Origin: Lama guanicoe
Lineage: Eukaryota
Direction: 5' to 3'
DNA length: 63,231 nt
Assembly (NCBI GenBank): GCA_013239625.1
Contig: MU054212.1
Location: 7,663,039-7,726,269, forward strand
In this document: positions 1-11,580 of the stretch, piece by piece
Layout of the letters: every line of letters begins with the position of its first letter
How positions within the stretch are numbered: position 1 is the first letter of the stretch
Notes under the pieces: generated by a model
Database searches by the model: none
What the model was told of the DNA's origin: nothing
What the model saw: only the letters and a program-made list of their open reading frames with translations
Translations under genes and position numbers: made by a program

Positions 1-261
1 AGATGTCAGAGCCCACATTTTGGGAAAGTGATAAGGGGACACAGTAAAGCCTTCCTAGGAGGGAAAAAAAAATCTAGGACAGGGGAGAAAAATAGAGCAC
101 AGAGGGCAAAGCAAAACCCCGAGGAGTAGAATAAAATGCACAACAAGGGCAGGAGTGCCTGAACACAGCTAACGATATGTGTACATAAGCACGAACGTGC
201 ATGTCCACCCCCATGCTCCACAAAGGGGACAAAACCAGACAACAGATTAGAGGACATCCGT

Positions 262-752
262 TGTCTTGGCTTGAGTCACTCCACAGTGCTGAGCCTGAGA
301 CAAAAGCTTGCATTCAGATAGCTCCTTTTGGAAACTCACCCCAAGGAGCAAAAGTAGAGGGTAGACAAGGGTAACTGGGGGAAGGAAAAAGAAAGCAAGT
401 CCAAGGGATGGTTATCAAACTGGTTCCCACCGTGGGCACCTGGAACTTGATGCTACCGGAGACCTCCTAAAGAACTATAGAGTGAGACTCAGAATGGTCT
501 GCTCAGGGCAGAGGGAAATGTTCATCCACCAGCTCCTGCACCCATGGCTCAAGATTGCCCGCTGCAGGTTTGCATAAGCACCAGAATGGCTCAGCAGAAT
601 CCAAGACATCCAGATAACAGCAAAAGAAAGGGAGGAAGACTCAGTCCAGCTGATGGCACTTGCAACAGCAAATGGGATTAAAAGATGGGCAGAGAGGGTC
701 TGAGGCAGAGCATGAGAGGCGTCTAGGGCAGCTAGCCCAGGCACTCTTGACA
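262..752 (-). mobile_element. ERV-L class LTR (LTR33/LTR16-like), 3' LTR of the adjacent provirus
   Basis: Has TG...CA ends (tgtcttggc at 262; ttgaca at 747-752). On the minus strand it is preceded by a purine-rich PPT-like stretch. It resembles the LTR at 37824 and directly follows the ERV-L internal sequence. Confidence 0.7.
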
Positions 753-3497
753 CCCACCTGCTCCTCACACCAAGTCCAAGATGGTGGTCATCTGCAGCAA
801 CTACAAAAGACTTGAACTCACTGAAACTGGAATAAGCTTCAGCCCCAGCTGGGATAACTGACCCCAATGCCATAATTGATATTTATACCTTTTCTTCCAT
901 TACCCATGTGAACTTGTCCTTGAAATTAGACTGCTTGACCGACGGGAAAATCCTGACTTTTATTCCCAAAGGGTCAGGACCCCTAGTTGGTTTACCCCTA
1001 TTGGGCCATGGTTGCAGACACTGCCCATTTACTTTGATCACCCTGTGTAGAAGAAACAAGACATGCTGCAGGGAGTTCCCTGGGTTTCACAAGTGGTCCT
1101 AGTAAGAACTGTCTCGCAGCGATCTTAGCCCTCTGTAGTAATTAGGTTCAGTTACTCTCACCAACATGGAAACTCCTTCCTCTGCCTGAAGACCCACTAG
1201 CAAAAGGAGCTGAACATGATCAAGTGATGGTCATAGTTCTAGGTTCTGTGGAATCTTTATTGTGCCCCCTAATGGAAGCATCTATGTCTCCCAAACAAGA
1301 TTTATCTTCCAAAATGGCCTAGGGCAGAAAGCACAGATTTCATAGGTGGGTATCTGGGTAGATGATGAGAGAGGCCAATGCTCCTGCTGCCCGCTGTTCT
1401 CAGATCTAGCTGTTGGGGACACAGTGCCTTAATATCAGCTGGTGGTTCAGTGTATATGCCATATCCTGGAGTTAGTGCTCCAGCCCTGCATGGCCCCAAA
1501 CTGCTACCTCTGTGGGGTCTTTTATAAACCATTCCATCATTCTTTTTCACTACTTCTAGGCCATGCCATATATGTGAAGACCAGTGGATCCTATAGTTAG
1601 ACGTTCATTGTTACCCTCATTAATTGTGAAGTGTATCGCTTCGTCTGAGATCACGTTTTCTCGCATCTCATGTTGTGAAATCAGGTGTGTAGTCATCCCT
1701 CTGATGATGGTGCTAGCAGAAGTAAACTCACGTTTTCAACTTATAAAAGGCAACCATTGCTCCTCGAGAGCTGAAGGAGTTGCCGTAATTCACTTGCCAT
1801 CAAGGAAGGAGGGGTGCCATACTGAGGGGTCAGGGCCCATCTCTGCTTTCAGCAGCTTGGGCAATCAGCAAGTAGCTGCAACTGGATCAGTCTCAGTGAG
1901 GGGGCCCAAGCTTTGGGACCTGTTTATAGCCTCCATCCCTGCCCCTTGTGCTACTCGCTGTGTCAACGCCCTAGAATGGCTAAGGACAAAGACCGCTGAA
2001 CAAGCCAGCCTGTGTCCCCGGTTGGTGAGCGCCACCTCTGACGCAGACGCCCCCTGTCTGGCATCACCGCATGGTGCAGAGGTCCTTCTGCTTTGCACTG
2101 ACTCCCCCAGGTCCACACCTGAGGGGCAGAAGGTGGCAGTCCATTTTCAGCTAGCACCAACATATATAGCCAGCCCACTTCTGAATCACATTTGGGTTTT
2201 CCTCCTCTGTTATTTGGCGATTGAGAACCTGCACCCCACACACTCTGAGCCTCACCCCAAAGCATATGACTTCCAGGGCCCAAAGCATAAAGTATTCAGA
2301 GCAGTAATCTCAAGCACAATATATGCAGGTTCAAAGACCACCCCCAAAAAAAACCTCACCAAGAGCTGTGTCCTTTGTGTTAGGAGTACATGGATAACAA
2401 CTTGCCCTTTATCTCCGAGGGAGTGGCGATACGGTCCAGACCCAGAGACTCCGACATCGTCACTGATTTTGCAGGTCCCCAAAGCTCCATGGTGTTATCC
2501 CCTCACTTCCTGGCCCCCGTGTGTCTTACCAGGGAATACACAGTCCTTGCCACTTCCTGACCACTAAGTTCAGTTAGCATATTGCCACCAACATAGTTGA
2601 CCCATGTGATATCCTTCAGAACATTAAATTGATCAGGGTCCATGAAAATTATACTGTGGCAAAGAACAAAGGAGTTAATACAGGGCTGAGATTAGAGAGG
2701 AGACGGTCTTCGTACATAATCCAGCTGTTTTGGATCTTCTTGACTAACGGGATTGGGGAAAAAAATCCCAGTTCAATGGCCACATATGTGATTCCAGAGA
2801 CTGTTCAAGTAGAGGGGCCGTATTCAGCACAACAGCTACGGTGAGGATTACCATTCGATTAAATTTATACCAACCCACCATCATGCACCACAACCCAGAA
2901 AGGTTCTGTGAGGCCTTACAATTAAATCAAATAGCAATGTAATGAAACTGCCGCTCCTGCATCCTTTACGTCTTTAATGTTGGCTCTAATCCTTTCAATT
3001 CTGCCCAACGTGTGATTTACCATCTTGCCCGGGCTGGGAGTTGGGGGCGGGGGGCAGCACAGGGACAGTTTCTGGGGCTTCCATTAGACTCTTCCTACAA
3101 TCGTGGCTATTCCTCCCTAGGTCAGGGAGCCCGTGTGAGGGCTCTTCCAGCTGCTGACTATACCCACCCTCACCCTGCCTTCAGCAAGTGAGGAGATAAC
3201 CACAGAGCGGATCCGCGAACCCAACAAACCCAACACTGGAGGGACTCGGGCCAGGACTTGGCTCATCTCCTGGTCTCTCATCACTTGAACTACTCTCAGA
3301 ACTGTTGGGCTTCTGAGTGTCAGATTGGACCTGGTACCTAAAAACTCTCAAAATTTCAAAATAGTTCCTCTGAGGGTCCCTTCTGGGGAAGATTATGGGG
3401 ATGATAATTGAATGTGTTGGCAGCAGCAGTACAGGGTTCTTCCTCCAGAGGGCCCGGCCCCCACCTCAATCACTAAGTCCAGATCCAGCTAAGACGG
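753..3497 (-). mobile_element. Decayed ERV-L internal region (pro-pol-dUTPase)
   Basis: Minus-strand translation gives ERV-L-like motifs in the expected order: protease region (~3330-3360, FESFLGTRSNLTL, cf. FQGLLDTGSELTL), RT (IRANIKDVKDAG ~2960-2995; KDITWVNYVGG, a degenerate YIDD, ~2585-2617), integrase (WQVNY ~1785-1800; IHWS ~1575-1590) and a dUTPase/C-terminal region (VIKVNG...GPDPLGIKV ~955-1045). Many stops and frameshifts. Confidence 0.85.
840..1300 (-). pseudogene. ERV-L dUTPase and pol C-terminal remnant
   Basis: Lies downstream of the integrase remnant, as in HERV-L/MuERV-L. Reads ...VIKVNGQCLQPWP...GPDPLGIKV...WVMEEK...YQLWHWGQL, resembling the recalled ERV-L pol/dut terminus. 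Confidence 0.6.
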
Positions 3498-3760
3498 GTA
3501 AAGCAGTGGTGTCATCCCTGACCTGAAGCAGCGTCAGAGTTACCAACATTTTCGTAGCTGGCGGGCTGCGCCGAGTGCAATGGAAGAGGGAGCGCTGGCT
3601 TTTGTAACAGCTGGGGCACTTCAGCGACACAAGGACAATGGGGAACGTAAAGGGTGTGGAGCTGACTGGTGTGTGTAACTGCTTCAAGAGGCCTTGGAAG
3701 TAGAAAATGGCAAGTTCAAGTCAAACCCCGAACTCAGCAGAGACACTTAGAAAGAGACCA
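3498..3760 (+). mobile_element. ERV-L gag 5' remnant in opposite orientation to the adjacent pol
   Basis: The plus-strand text (gagtgcaatggaagagggagcgctggct...tgtggagctgactgg...gccttggaagtagaaaatggcaagttc) resembles the N-terminal gag region of old ERV-L/MaLR internals. Recognised by recall only. Confidence 0.45.
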
Positions 3761-4393
3761 TGAATGAGATCTTTCTTATACTTACGCTATTGGTAACTTG
3801 TTTACTTGGATCTAAGCTTTCCAGCTTCCCTTCCATCCGCCCCTAGGCTTCTTCATCTGTTGAGATTTCATGAATAAAAATACTATCGCAGAAATAATTG
3901 ATCAGCTCATAGCCCTTCTTACCATGTGTGCCTGATACGCATGGGGGATTTCACATGAATGGCTCCTGCCCTGCCAGGCTGCATGCTCCGTGTCACGTGT
4001 TAGGAATGGAAACTGCATCCCTGCCGTTTACTCTGGCTCATTGCTTGGTACGTGGTAATGGCTCAGATGATCTCAAATGAATAAAGAACCTGTGAATCAG
4101 TTGGTAGAAAGTCACGGTGTCACGTCTCAAAGCAAGGGCTAAGTAAATAGGTTTGGAGACTGGAGGAGCCCATTATTATGGGAGCACCTGCTGGATCAGG
4201 TTTTCTTTAACTGACTGCCGTTTGTGTCATGGTATAAAACCGCAGAGTGTGTGGGACCATTCCCAGGGTGAAAATGCTGCCTCCCAGCTTTGGATGATGT
4301 GATACATGGGAGCTATGCACAGGAAAAAACAATGGAGATGAGTGCTTTCTGTTAGTGTTTAGATAGGTGTCTTATCTATTAAAAATGTCAGTC

Positions 4394-5250
4394 ACATCAC
4401 TAATTATCAGAGAAATGCAAATAAAAACGATAATAAGGTAGCATCTCACACTGGTCAGAATGGCCATCGTTAAAAAGTCCACAAATGATAAACGCTGGAG
4501 AAAGCTGGAGAACAGAGAACCCTCCTACACTCTTGGTGGGAATGCAGTTTGGTGCAGCCACTATGGAAAACAGTATGGAGTTTCCTTTAAAAATTAAAAA
4601 CAGAGTTACCATATGATCCAGCAATCCCACTCCTGGGCATACATTCAGAGAAAACACTAATTCGGAAAGATATATGCACCCCAATGTTCATAGCAGCACT
4701 ATTTACAATAGCCAGGACATGGAAGCAACCTAAGTGTCCATTGATAGATGACTGGATAAAGAAGCTGTGGTATATCTATGCAATGGAATACTACTCAGCC
4801 ATAAGAAAGAATGGAATAATGCCATTTACAGCAACATGGATGGACCTAGAGATTATCATAGTAAGTAAGCAAAGTAAGTCAGACAGAGAAAGACAAATAT
4901 CACATGGTATCACTTATATGTGGAATCTTAAAAATGGCACAAACAAACTTATTTACAAAACAGAAACAGACTCACAGACATAGAAAACAAACTTATGGTT
5001 ACCGTTGGGGAAAAGGAGTGGGAAGGGATAAATTGGGAATTTGAGACTTACAGATGCTAACTACTATATATAAAATAGCCAAACAAGGTCCTACTGTTTA
5101 GCACAGGGAACTATATTCAATATCTTGTAATAACCTATAATGATAAAGAATATGGAAAAGATTATATATATGTATGTATAAATGAATCAATACACTGTAC
5201 ACCAGAAACTAACACAACATTGTAAGTCAACTATACTTCAATAAAAAAAT
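4394..5250 (+). mobile_element. 5'-truncated LINE-1 3' end (ORF2 C-terminus + 3' UTR + A-tail)
   Basis: ORF 4684-4983 reads [19 protein letters not shown]...WIKKLWYIYAMEYYSAI (ORF2 C-terminus), followed by the 3' UTR ending cttcaataaaaaaa. Confidence 0.95.
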
Positions 5251-7539
5251 AATCAATCAATTGATTAATCAACCAATCTCACTGATCACTAAAAGGGATG
5301 TAGTCTTTGTTTCAGAGCAACAGGAACAAATTTAAACAGGGGGGAGAGAGAAAGAAAACAGGATAGAAGCCAGGAGACCCGTTATCACACCAACTCTGTC
5401 ACTGCTTGGATGAGTGGCTTTAGCCAAGTCTTTTCAGCTTCAGCTTCCACATCTGTGACTGAAGGAGATGACACGCAGAGTTCCCTCCAGCTCCACCAAT
5501 CAGAGACACCAGGAACCCTTATCTCGTGTTCACATATCTTTCTATTACATGAACCCACTAGAAACGTAGTTCCAAAGTTTAACCAGTGCAACTCAGGACC
5601 CCAAATGCTTCCTCACAATGAGCAGGCAGCCAAGACCCTGCTCAAGTATTAGAGGCAACCCTGAGTCCTATCTCCCACTTGAAAGCCTCTTTCCCGCTTG
5701 CACAGACCTGAACACTGTCTCATCCCCCCATTTTTCCTGCACGTGCTCTTCCCTCCATGCTCCCTGCTTATAATTCACCTCTAACCACAAATCAATACCC
5801 AATTAGGGAATATTTCATCCAGCCAGGGCTTTCATAAATTGTGCACAATTTCCCTGATGGTCAGAGATGTTAAATGACTCATTCTGTCCCCTACTTTGGT
5901 GCCAGCTTCCTCACTGGGGAAGCCACTCCAGCGTTTTGTCCTTTGAACACCTCTTTGAAGTTTAACTTGCTCCCCTCTTCATGCTTCCTTACACAAAGGT
6001 TCCCTGTCCCACTTTTGTAAAAGCCATCTTTGGCCTCCCTTCTTCCCCCTGCCTCCTCTCTCCCTTCCAGCGAGGTCCTGGCTGGGATTCTAATGTCCTC
6101 ATCATTGGAGCCCCTTGGTACATGGTATTGCTCTCCAGCTCTGTCCTTGTCAGCCAGAGTATTTCCTGGGCTGCACGTGGAATTCATCTTTAATATCAAC
6201 TTATCGTGGACTGTGCAGGGGCAAGGAGTCGCTCTCAGTATCACGAGGTGCCAAGATGCTCAGCGTCTCTCTCTTTTCCCAATATATTGATTTTAACCGA
6301 AGGACAGACTAAAGGCGCCACGATTCGGTGCTCCTTTAACATGTTCCATTGCAAAGCGGAGCGATCGCGGGAGTATCTGGTACTCCTTCTAATTAGTGGG
6401 TGCTCTGAGCTACTGATTAAGTGGCTCAGAGAGGCACTTCTCACCCTGAGAGCTGGATCAGGCCTCAGCAGCCGCCACTGTCACCTGGGCCTGGGCTACA
6501 CTCGCTCTGGGGCTTCCAGAGGGCCTGTCAAAGCTGAATACAAAGACAGCCTTCCAAGAACCAGAGACAGTTTTAAAAATCAGCCGTCCAAAGCTTGATA
6601 ATGTCTGACTTCAGATTTATGCTCAGCGATTTTGTTTTTCTTAATCGGGTGTCAACGAAGGAAGAAAGGCGCTGCTTTCTCTTTAATACAACATCACATT
6701 CATATGCACAGCTGAAAAACGCATGCTTGATTCTAAATAAACAAATATGCTGCGCTCTAGGTCTGGCATCTCGCTGTTATCAAGCCCGTACCTGAAAAGA
6801 CAATATTTCAGTTTGGGATGAAAGAAAAAGGACTAAAATCGGTTTCCGAAATAAACGTGAAAGCCCTGTTTTAGCAGAAGCCCACTTGGATGGAAAACAC
6901 ATACCAGAGAGAAAGACAACAGATCCTTACAGCGCTGTGTGCACAAGGAACAGAAATAGTCATAATTAACCCCGCCCCAGGGACTTAACCCCTTCGGGAA
7001 AGGGCCAGGCTTCCAGCCTCCTTGTCAAACAGAAATCCTTGTGAAATATCACGTCCTCCAGCTCTGTTTAAAAATGTTTGTAGATAGACACTGTGTGTTG
7101 TTGTTGTTGGTTTTCCTTCCTGCCTTCATTTTGTTTTCAGTGTTCATAAGGACAATTAAAACCCAGGCTGTAATAAGGCATCTGTTGTAAACAAGTTCAG
7201 ACAAAGAAAGCGATTTCTCTGGCAAGTAGGAGGGCTGTGCTATAGAAAGCGGAGATGATCGCAGAGAATAAATCCCTATTTGCCTCCACGCTACTCCTTC
7301 ACCTACCTTGGGGACCTCGGTGGCTAACATTCTCAGCTGCGCAAGTTTGTTTCTGGAAACACTAGACATCAAGAATACTGTTAATCTCTACGATTTGCAT
7401 TGCTTTTTACTCTTATGGGTTCAGGCACATCCATTCATAGATATTCTAGTGTCTGTCCTTTCTGGACTAAGAGCCAGTAGGCCTCTGTCTACATCAACAG
7501 AAACAGATCTGCTCGGTTCCCTTCCACCCTGCCTGGGCA

Positions 7540-7770
7540 CTCGTGCACAAACACGCAGGCGCACAGACATGCACACACAACACATGGGAACACAGTGCAC
7601 AGATGTGCACACCTTTGCACACACACAAGAACACGCACACAACAAAGCACATGTGCACAAATAGGCACACGTGTGCACAGACGTGTGCACGCCAACACTC
7701 ACACCCACTCACACACCCACAGAGACACACGTGCATGCATCCTTACTAGCGCATGCACATCGCACACATA
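7540..7770. repeat. Degenerate (CA/TG/GC)n purine-pyrimidine low-complexity tract
   Basis: ~230 bp of gcacac/acatg/gtgcac units. It explains the His/Thr- and Cys/Val-rich ORFs in all frames. Confidence 0.9.
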
Positions 7771-8189
7771 TGCCTCCCTGACTGGCCACGGAGAGAAGGG
7801 CTCTGTCTTCCCTGCCCAGCTTTAGGCCTCCGGGCTTCTGGGCTCAGGTTCATTTTCATCACTGAAAATAACCATCGTCAGCCAAGCTCTCCTCAGTGCC
7901 TCAGGGAAAGTTTCACTCCTATGGCTGCCTGCACATCCCCTTCCCATATCAGGCCCCAGAGCCAAATCTTTCCATTTCAAAGAAAAAAATCATGATCCCC
8001 AAACTGGGCAGCCGCTCTCTGTAGCCCTGTTTGAGGACCTGCTTTGCACATCTTTCATGGAGATACAGGGAGGTGACCCAGAGCTCAGGAGCCTTCCTCT
8101 GCAGGTGACAGCAGTGTGCTAACCCCTCCCTTGTCCCGCCCACCTGGAAAGCCAGCCCTGCAGCTACTGGAAAACCAAGTGCATTTCCT

Positions 8190-8290
8190 CGCCGCCCTGG
8201 GGTAGGGACTGTGTCTCACCCATCCTTGCATCCTCAGTGCCCAGCACTGAGCCACCACAGAATTCAGTAAAGATCTGCTGAATAATGAAA
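8190..8290 (+). mobile_element. L2 3' end fragment
   Basis: gggtagggactgtgtc...tcctcagtgcccagcac...cagtaaagatctgctgaataatgaa matches the L2 terminal pattern. Confidence 0.6.
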
Positions 8291-8434
8291 TCCTAAGATT
8301 TGATCCTTACCCCTCAGTTTCTCAAATCTGGGTAGACATACTCCCAGGAGTATATGCCTGTGTCCCAGGGAGCATGAGAAGTCTCATAGGATGAACCTAC
8401 TACATCATCCTGGAAAGCCCACTTTATTTCTATT

Positions 8435-8565
8435 TGGTGGGGGGAGATAATTAGGTTTATTTATTTTATTTAGTTAGTTAGTTTTTAATGGAGGGACTGG
8501 GGATTGAACCCATGACCTGGTGCGTGCTAAGCACCCAGATTACCGCTGAGCTATCTTCTCCCCCA
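8435..8565 (-). mobile_element. tRNA-derived SINE (camelid Vic-type), long form
   Basis: Minus strand shows an A box (tagctcagcgg) and B box (ggttcaatccc), plus an AT-rich tail with aacctaattatctcccccc. Perfect 17-bp TSD cccactttatttctatt at 8418-8434 and 8566-8582. Confidence 0.93.
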
Positions 8566-9039
8566 CCCACTTTATTTCTATTAAAAAGATTCTTTTCCTA
8601 TGAAAGCAAACACGGGAGAGGGAGGATCTCCTACATGTCAGTTATGATAAAGATCACAGGCTTTGAAGACAGTTTTAAATTCTATACCCACCACCGATAT
8701 GTAACGTAATCTCTTGTTAAGTTTTAAAAACGTGTCCAAACATTTTTATTCTCAGTTGTAAAAGAGAGATGATAACTGTCTCAAAGAGATTTTGGGATTC
8801 AAATAAAAGAATGTATTGTTAGGGGAGTTCATTTAACAGTGATACTGGAGGCAGCCTCCACGGCAGTGTGACAGCAGCAGTGCAGTAATGTTGACAGTAG
8901 CCACAGCAATGTTTGTGTCAGCAGGGGAAACTGTGACAGCCACAGAAATAAACTGCAGAAGGAGGGATGGAGGAAGTGACTGAATGCACAAAGTAAGACA
9001 CGCAAGGGAGCCAGCCTTTCAGGTCAGTCACCACCAGTG

Positions 9040-9170
9040 GGAATCACTTTGTTGTACAGACAAGGAAACTGGGGCTCAGAGAACTTTCCAAAGCGACTCA
9101 CCCAAGTTCATCAATTACTGACAGTGTCAAGTCTACGCCCCTTCTCAATTCCAGGCCTAGGGGTCCCAAG
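9040..9170 (-). mobile_element. MIR SINE fragment
   Basis: tacagacaaggaaactggggctcagaga...ctcacccaag is the MIR core, reverse strand. Confidence 0.7.
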
Positions 9171-9419
9171 CTGCAATGTAATCTCTCATCTCTGAATATG
9201 ATCATTATTCTTACGTGGTGGTAAAAAGATGTGCACATGCACTAAACTGCAGGACCAAGAGCTACAAGCCTAAGTGAACCAGGAAGAAATCCTGAAGGCA
9301 GCTGCCGGTCGGTGGGCTGAGGACCAGGTCCCGAGGCAGCTGGTGGACATGGTGGATCAGCGAGATGCACGCCCTCATCCACTGCGGGATGATGTTGCAG
9401 TGAAATGAACCTGACCTAT

Positions 9420-9600
9420 GGGGTCTTGAGATCGAATTATACCTCTGCAGTTTCTTTGATTTCTGACTGTGACCAAGCTATTAAATCTCTGAAGATTGTT
9501 ATCCACATGTGGAGCAAAGAGGATAATACCTACCTTGATGAGTGAATGAGACAAAATGATTCTGAGCGCATGGTGGCACATGGTAGCAGTCACTAAATGA
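9420..9600 (+). mobile_element. MIR SINE fragment
   Basis: ctgactgtgaccaagctattaaatctctga...ggataatacctacct is the MIR core. Confidence 0.6.
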
Positions 9601-10699
9601 TACCTTTTATATATTTATCCATTTTCTTTATCCTACTACTAATTCTTAATCATCCCTATAAACACACTTAGCAATCTGGTAGGAAAAATACATTATCATG
9701 TCCAGAATGTATTCTGAACATGTCAGAAACTAAGGCAATAAAAGAGATTAAAAATTCAGGCGCTTTGTGGCTTCAACCCGACAGTCACTGGAATTATCAA
9801 CGACCATAATAATGATAACTGACTCTTCTATGCCGAAATGTCTTCACCGTTAATGAGTCTGTAGTATGCGTTGAGGTGGAAGTTGTAAAGTAAGTTGAAA
9901 ATTTAAAGGGCAATGAACTTTCTTAATTATAATAGTGAATAATAACTAAAAAAGCAGACTAAGCACTTGAAAGAGTTGGATCAAAATATTTTCATTTAGG
10001 ATGCGGTTTTATTTTTCCTTCTTTTAAAGGAGCTCTCTGACACTCTGAAGAGCATGACACATCATGTTTATGTCCTGAGCTGGAAATCAAAAGACATATA
10101 TTGTATTGGAGGCTAAAAAAAAATTTAATTCTGGAATCACCAGACAAATCATTTTGCTACACTTCAGCTAACTCATCTCTCCCCACTACCAAAAAGAAAG
10201 AAAAAAAAAAAAAGAAGAAAAAGTAGGTAGTATAATCTCATAATATAAATTTTAGTATTATTAAAAACTTACTAATTTTTCTTATTTTCCCTCAACCTGC
10301 CAAAAGCCCCACGAAGCAGCACTGGCTGATTGGAATAAGCTGGAAGCTGGGACTAGAAGTCAGAAGGCATTGGCCAAAGCCAGATGGGCCACCCTCCCTG
10401 TGACCCTCAGATGTTTCTGACCCCGTCTCTCATGGTCTCCCATAAATTGGACTCCACCTCTAATGACTTTTCCAGTCCTCTTATGTCCTCTGACTCAGCC
10501 CAGAGAGCGGGGTGCAGAAGCACTAAAACCCAAACTCTCTATAGTTCTTCCTAAGACAGAGTCCACTGGAGAAATCCCCACCCCACCCCGGCCACCTGCT
10601 GATATCAGAGCAGGGGCAAGCAAGTGGAGTTACAAGGAAGCAACTATTTTGAGACAACCCCTGGTACACCCACAACTTCTCCCAGGTATTCGGTCAAAC

Positions 10700-11149
10700 A
10701 CGAATCTAGATCTACTGTGAAACTATCCTGCAGATGTAATGAAGAACCTGTACCATTCAGTCTTAAGAAAGGGAACGTATCTGAGCGAGTGTGACCTAAT
10801 CAGTCACATGAACCCTTTAAAAGTGTGGGGTTCTGCTGAGCCTGGAAGAAGCAAACAGAAGCCATATGCAGGCCCAGGGAGCCAGAAGATGTGCACCTCC
10901 ATTGTACAACCACAAGGAAATGAACCCCGCTGACAACCACTGAGCTTGGTCGCAGGTTTTCCCCCCAAGAAGCCTCCAGAACAGAACTAGTCCTGCCGGC
11001 ATCTCGGGTTCAACTTTGCCAAACTTCGAGCACAGAAGCCAGTGAGCCCATGCTGACTTCTAACCTGCAGAACTGGGAACCAAGAAGTGGGCGTCCTTAA
11101 GCCACTCAGCTCCTAGAAATCTGTTACACAGCAGTCAAATTCTAATACA
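10700..11149 (+). mobile_element. MaLR solo LTR (MLT1-type)
   Basis: tgacctaatcagtcacatgaaccctttaaaag...gacttctaacctgcagaactg...ttaagccactcag...ctgttacacagcagtcaaattctaataca, a typical MLT1 3' end. Confidence 0.8.
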
Positions 11150-11214
11150 CTTCCACAACTAGAGAACAGATAATTTAATAACATTTTCTCTTATCGAAAA
11201 ATACTTCTTGTGCA

Positions 11215-11580
11215 AAGAGCCAGGCTGTGAACTGCCTACGGAGACAGCCACGTGGCGGGGAGCTGCAGGTGGCCCAGAGCCCAGAGTCAGCGAAAAGCCA
11301 GGACCTCAGTCCTCCAACTGCAAGGACATGAATTCTGCCGACAACCCAAGTGAGCTTGGAAACAGATTCATCCCCACTTGCTGGCGGACACCTTGATAAC
11401 AGCCTTGTGAGCTGAAGCTCCAGTGCAGAAGTGCCTGGACTCCTGACATGTGGCAACGCGGAGATCATTGCTAGCTTCCTTACACACAGCAAGAACCGGA
11501 AAACACAATAACAGTAAATGCATTGTTTTCAGCCCCCGAATTTGTGGCGATTTGTTATACAGCAATAGTAAACACATACA
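11215..11580 (+). mobile_element. MaLR LTR fragment (MLT1E/F-like)
   Basis: gccacgtggcgggg...caactgcaaggacatgaattctgccgacaacccaagtgagcttggaa...tttgttatacagcaatagtaaacacataca. Confidence 0.8.

Noticed and set aside
7421..7825. Cys/His-rich ORFs (metallothionein- or zinc-finger-like)
   Set aside because: They are translations of a CA/TG low-complexity tract and are open in many frames on both strands.
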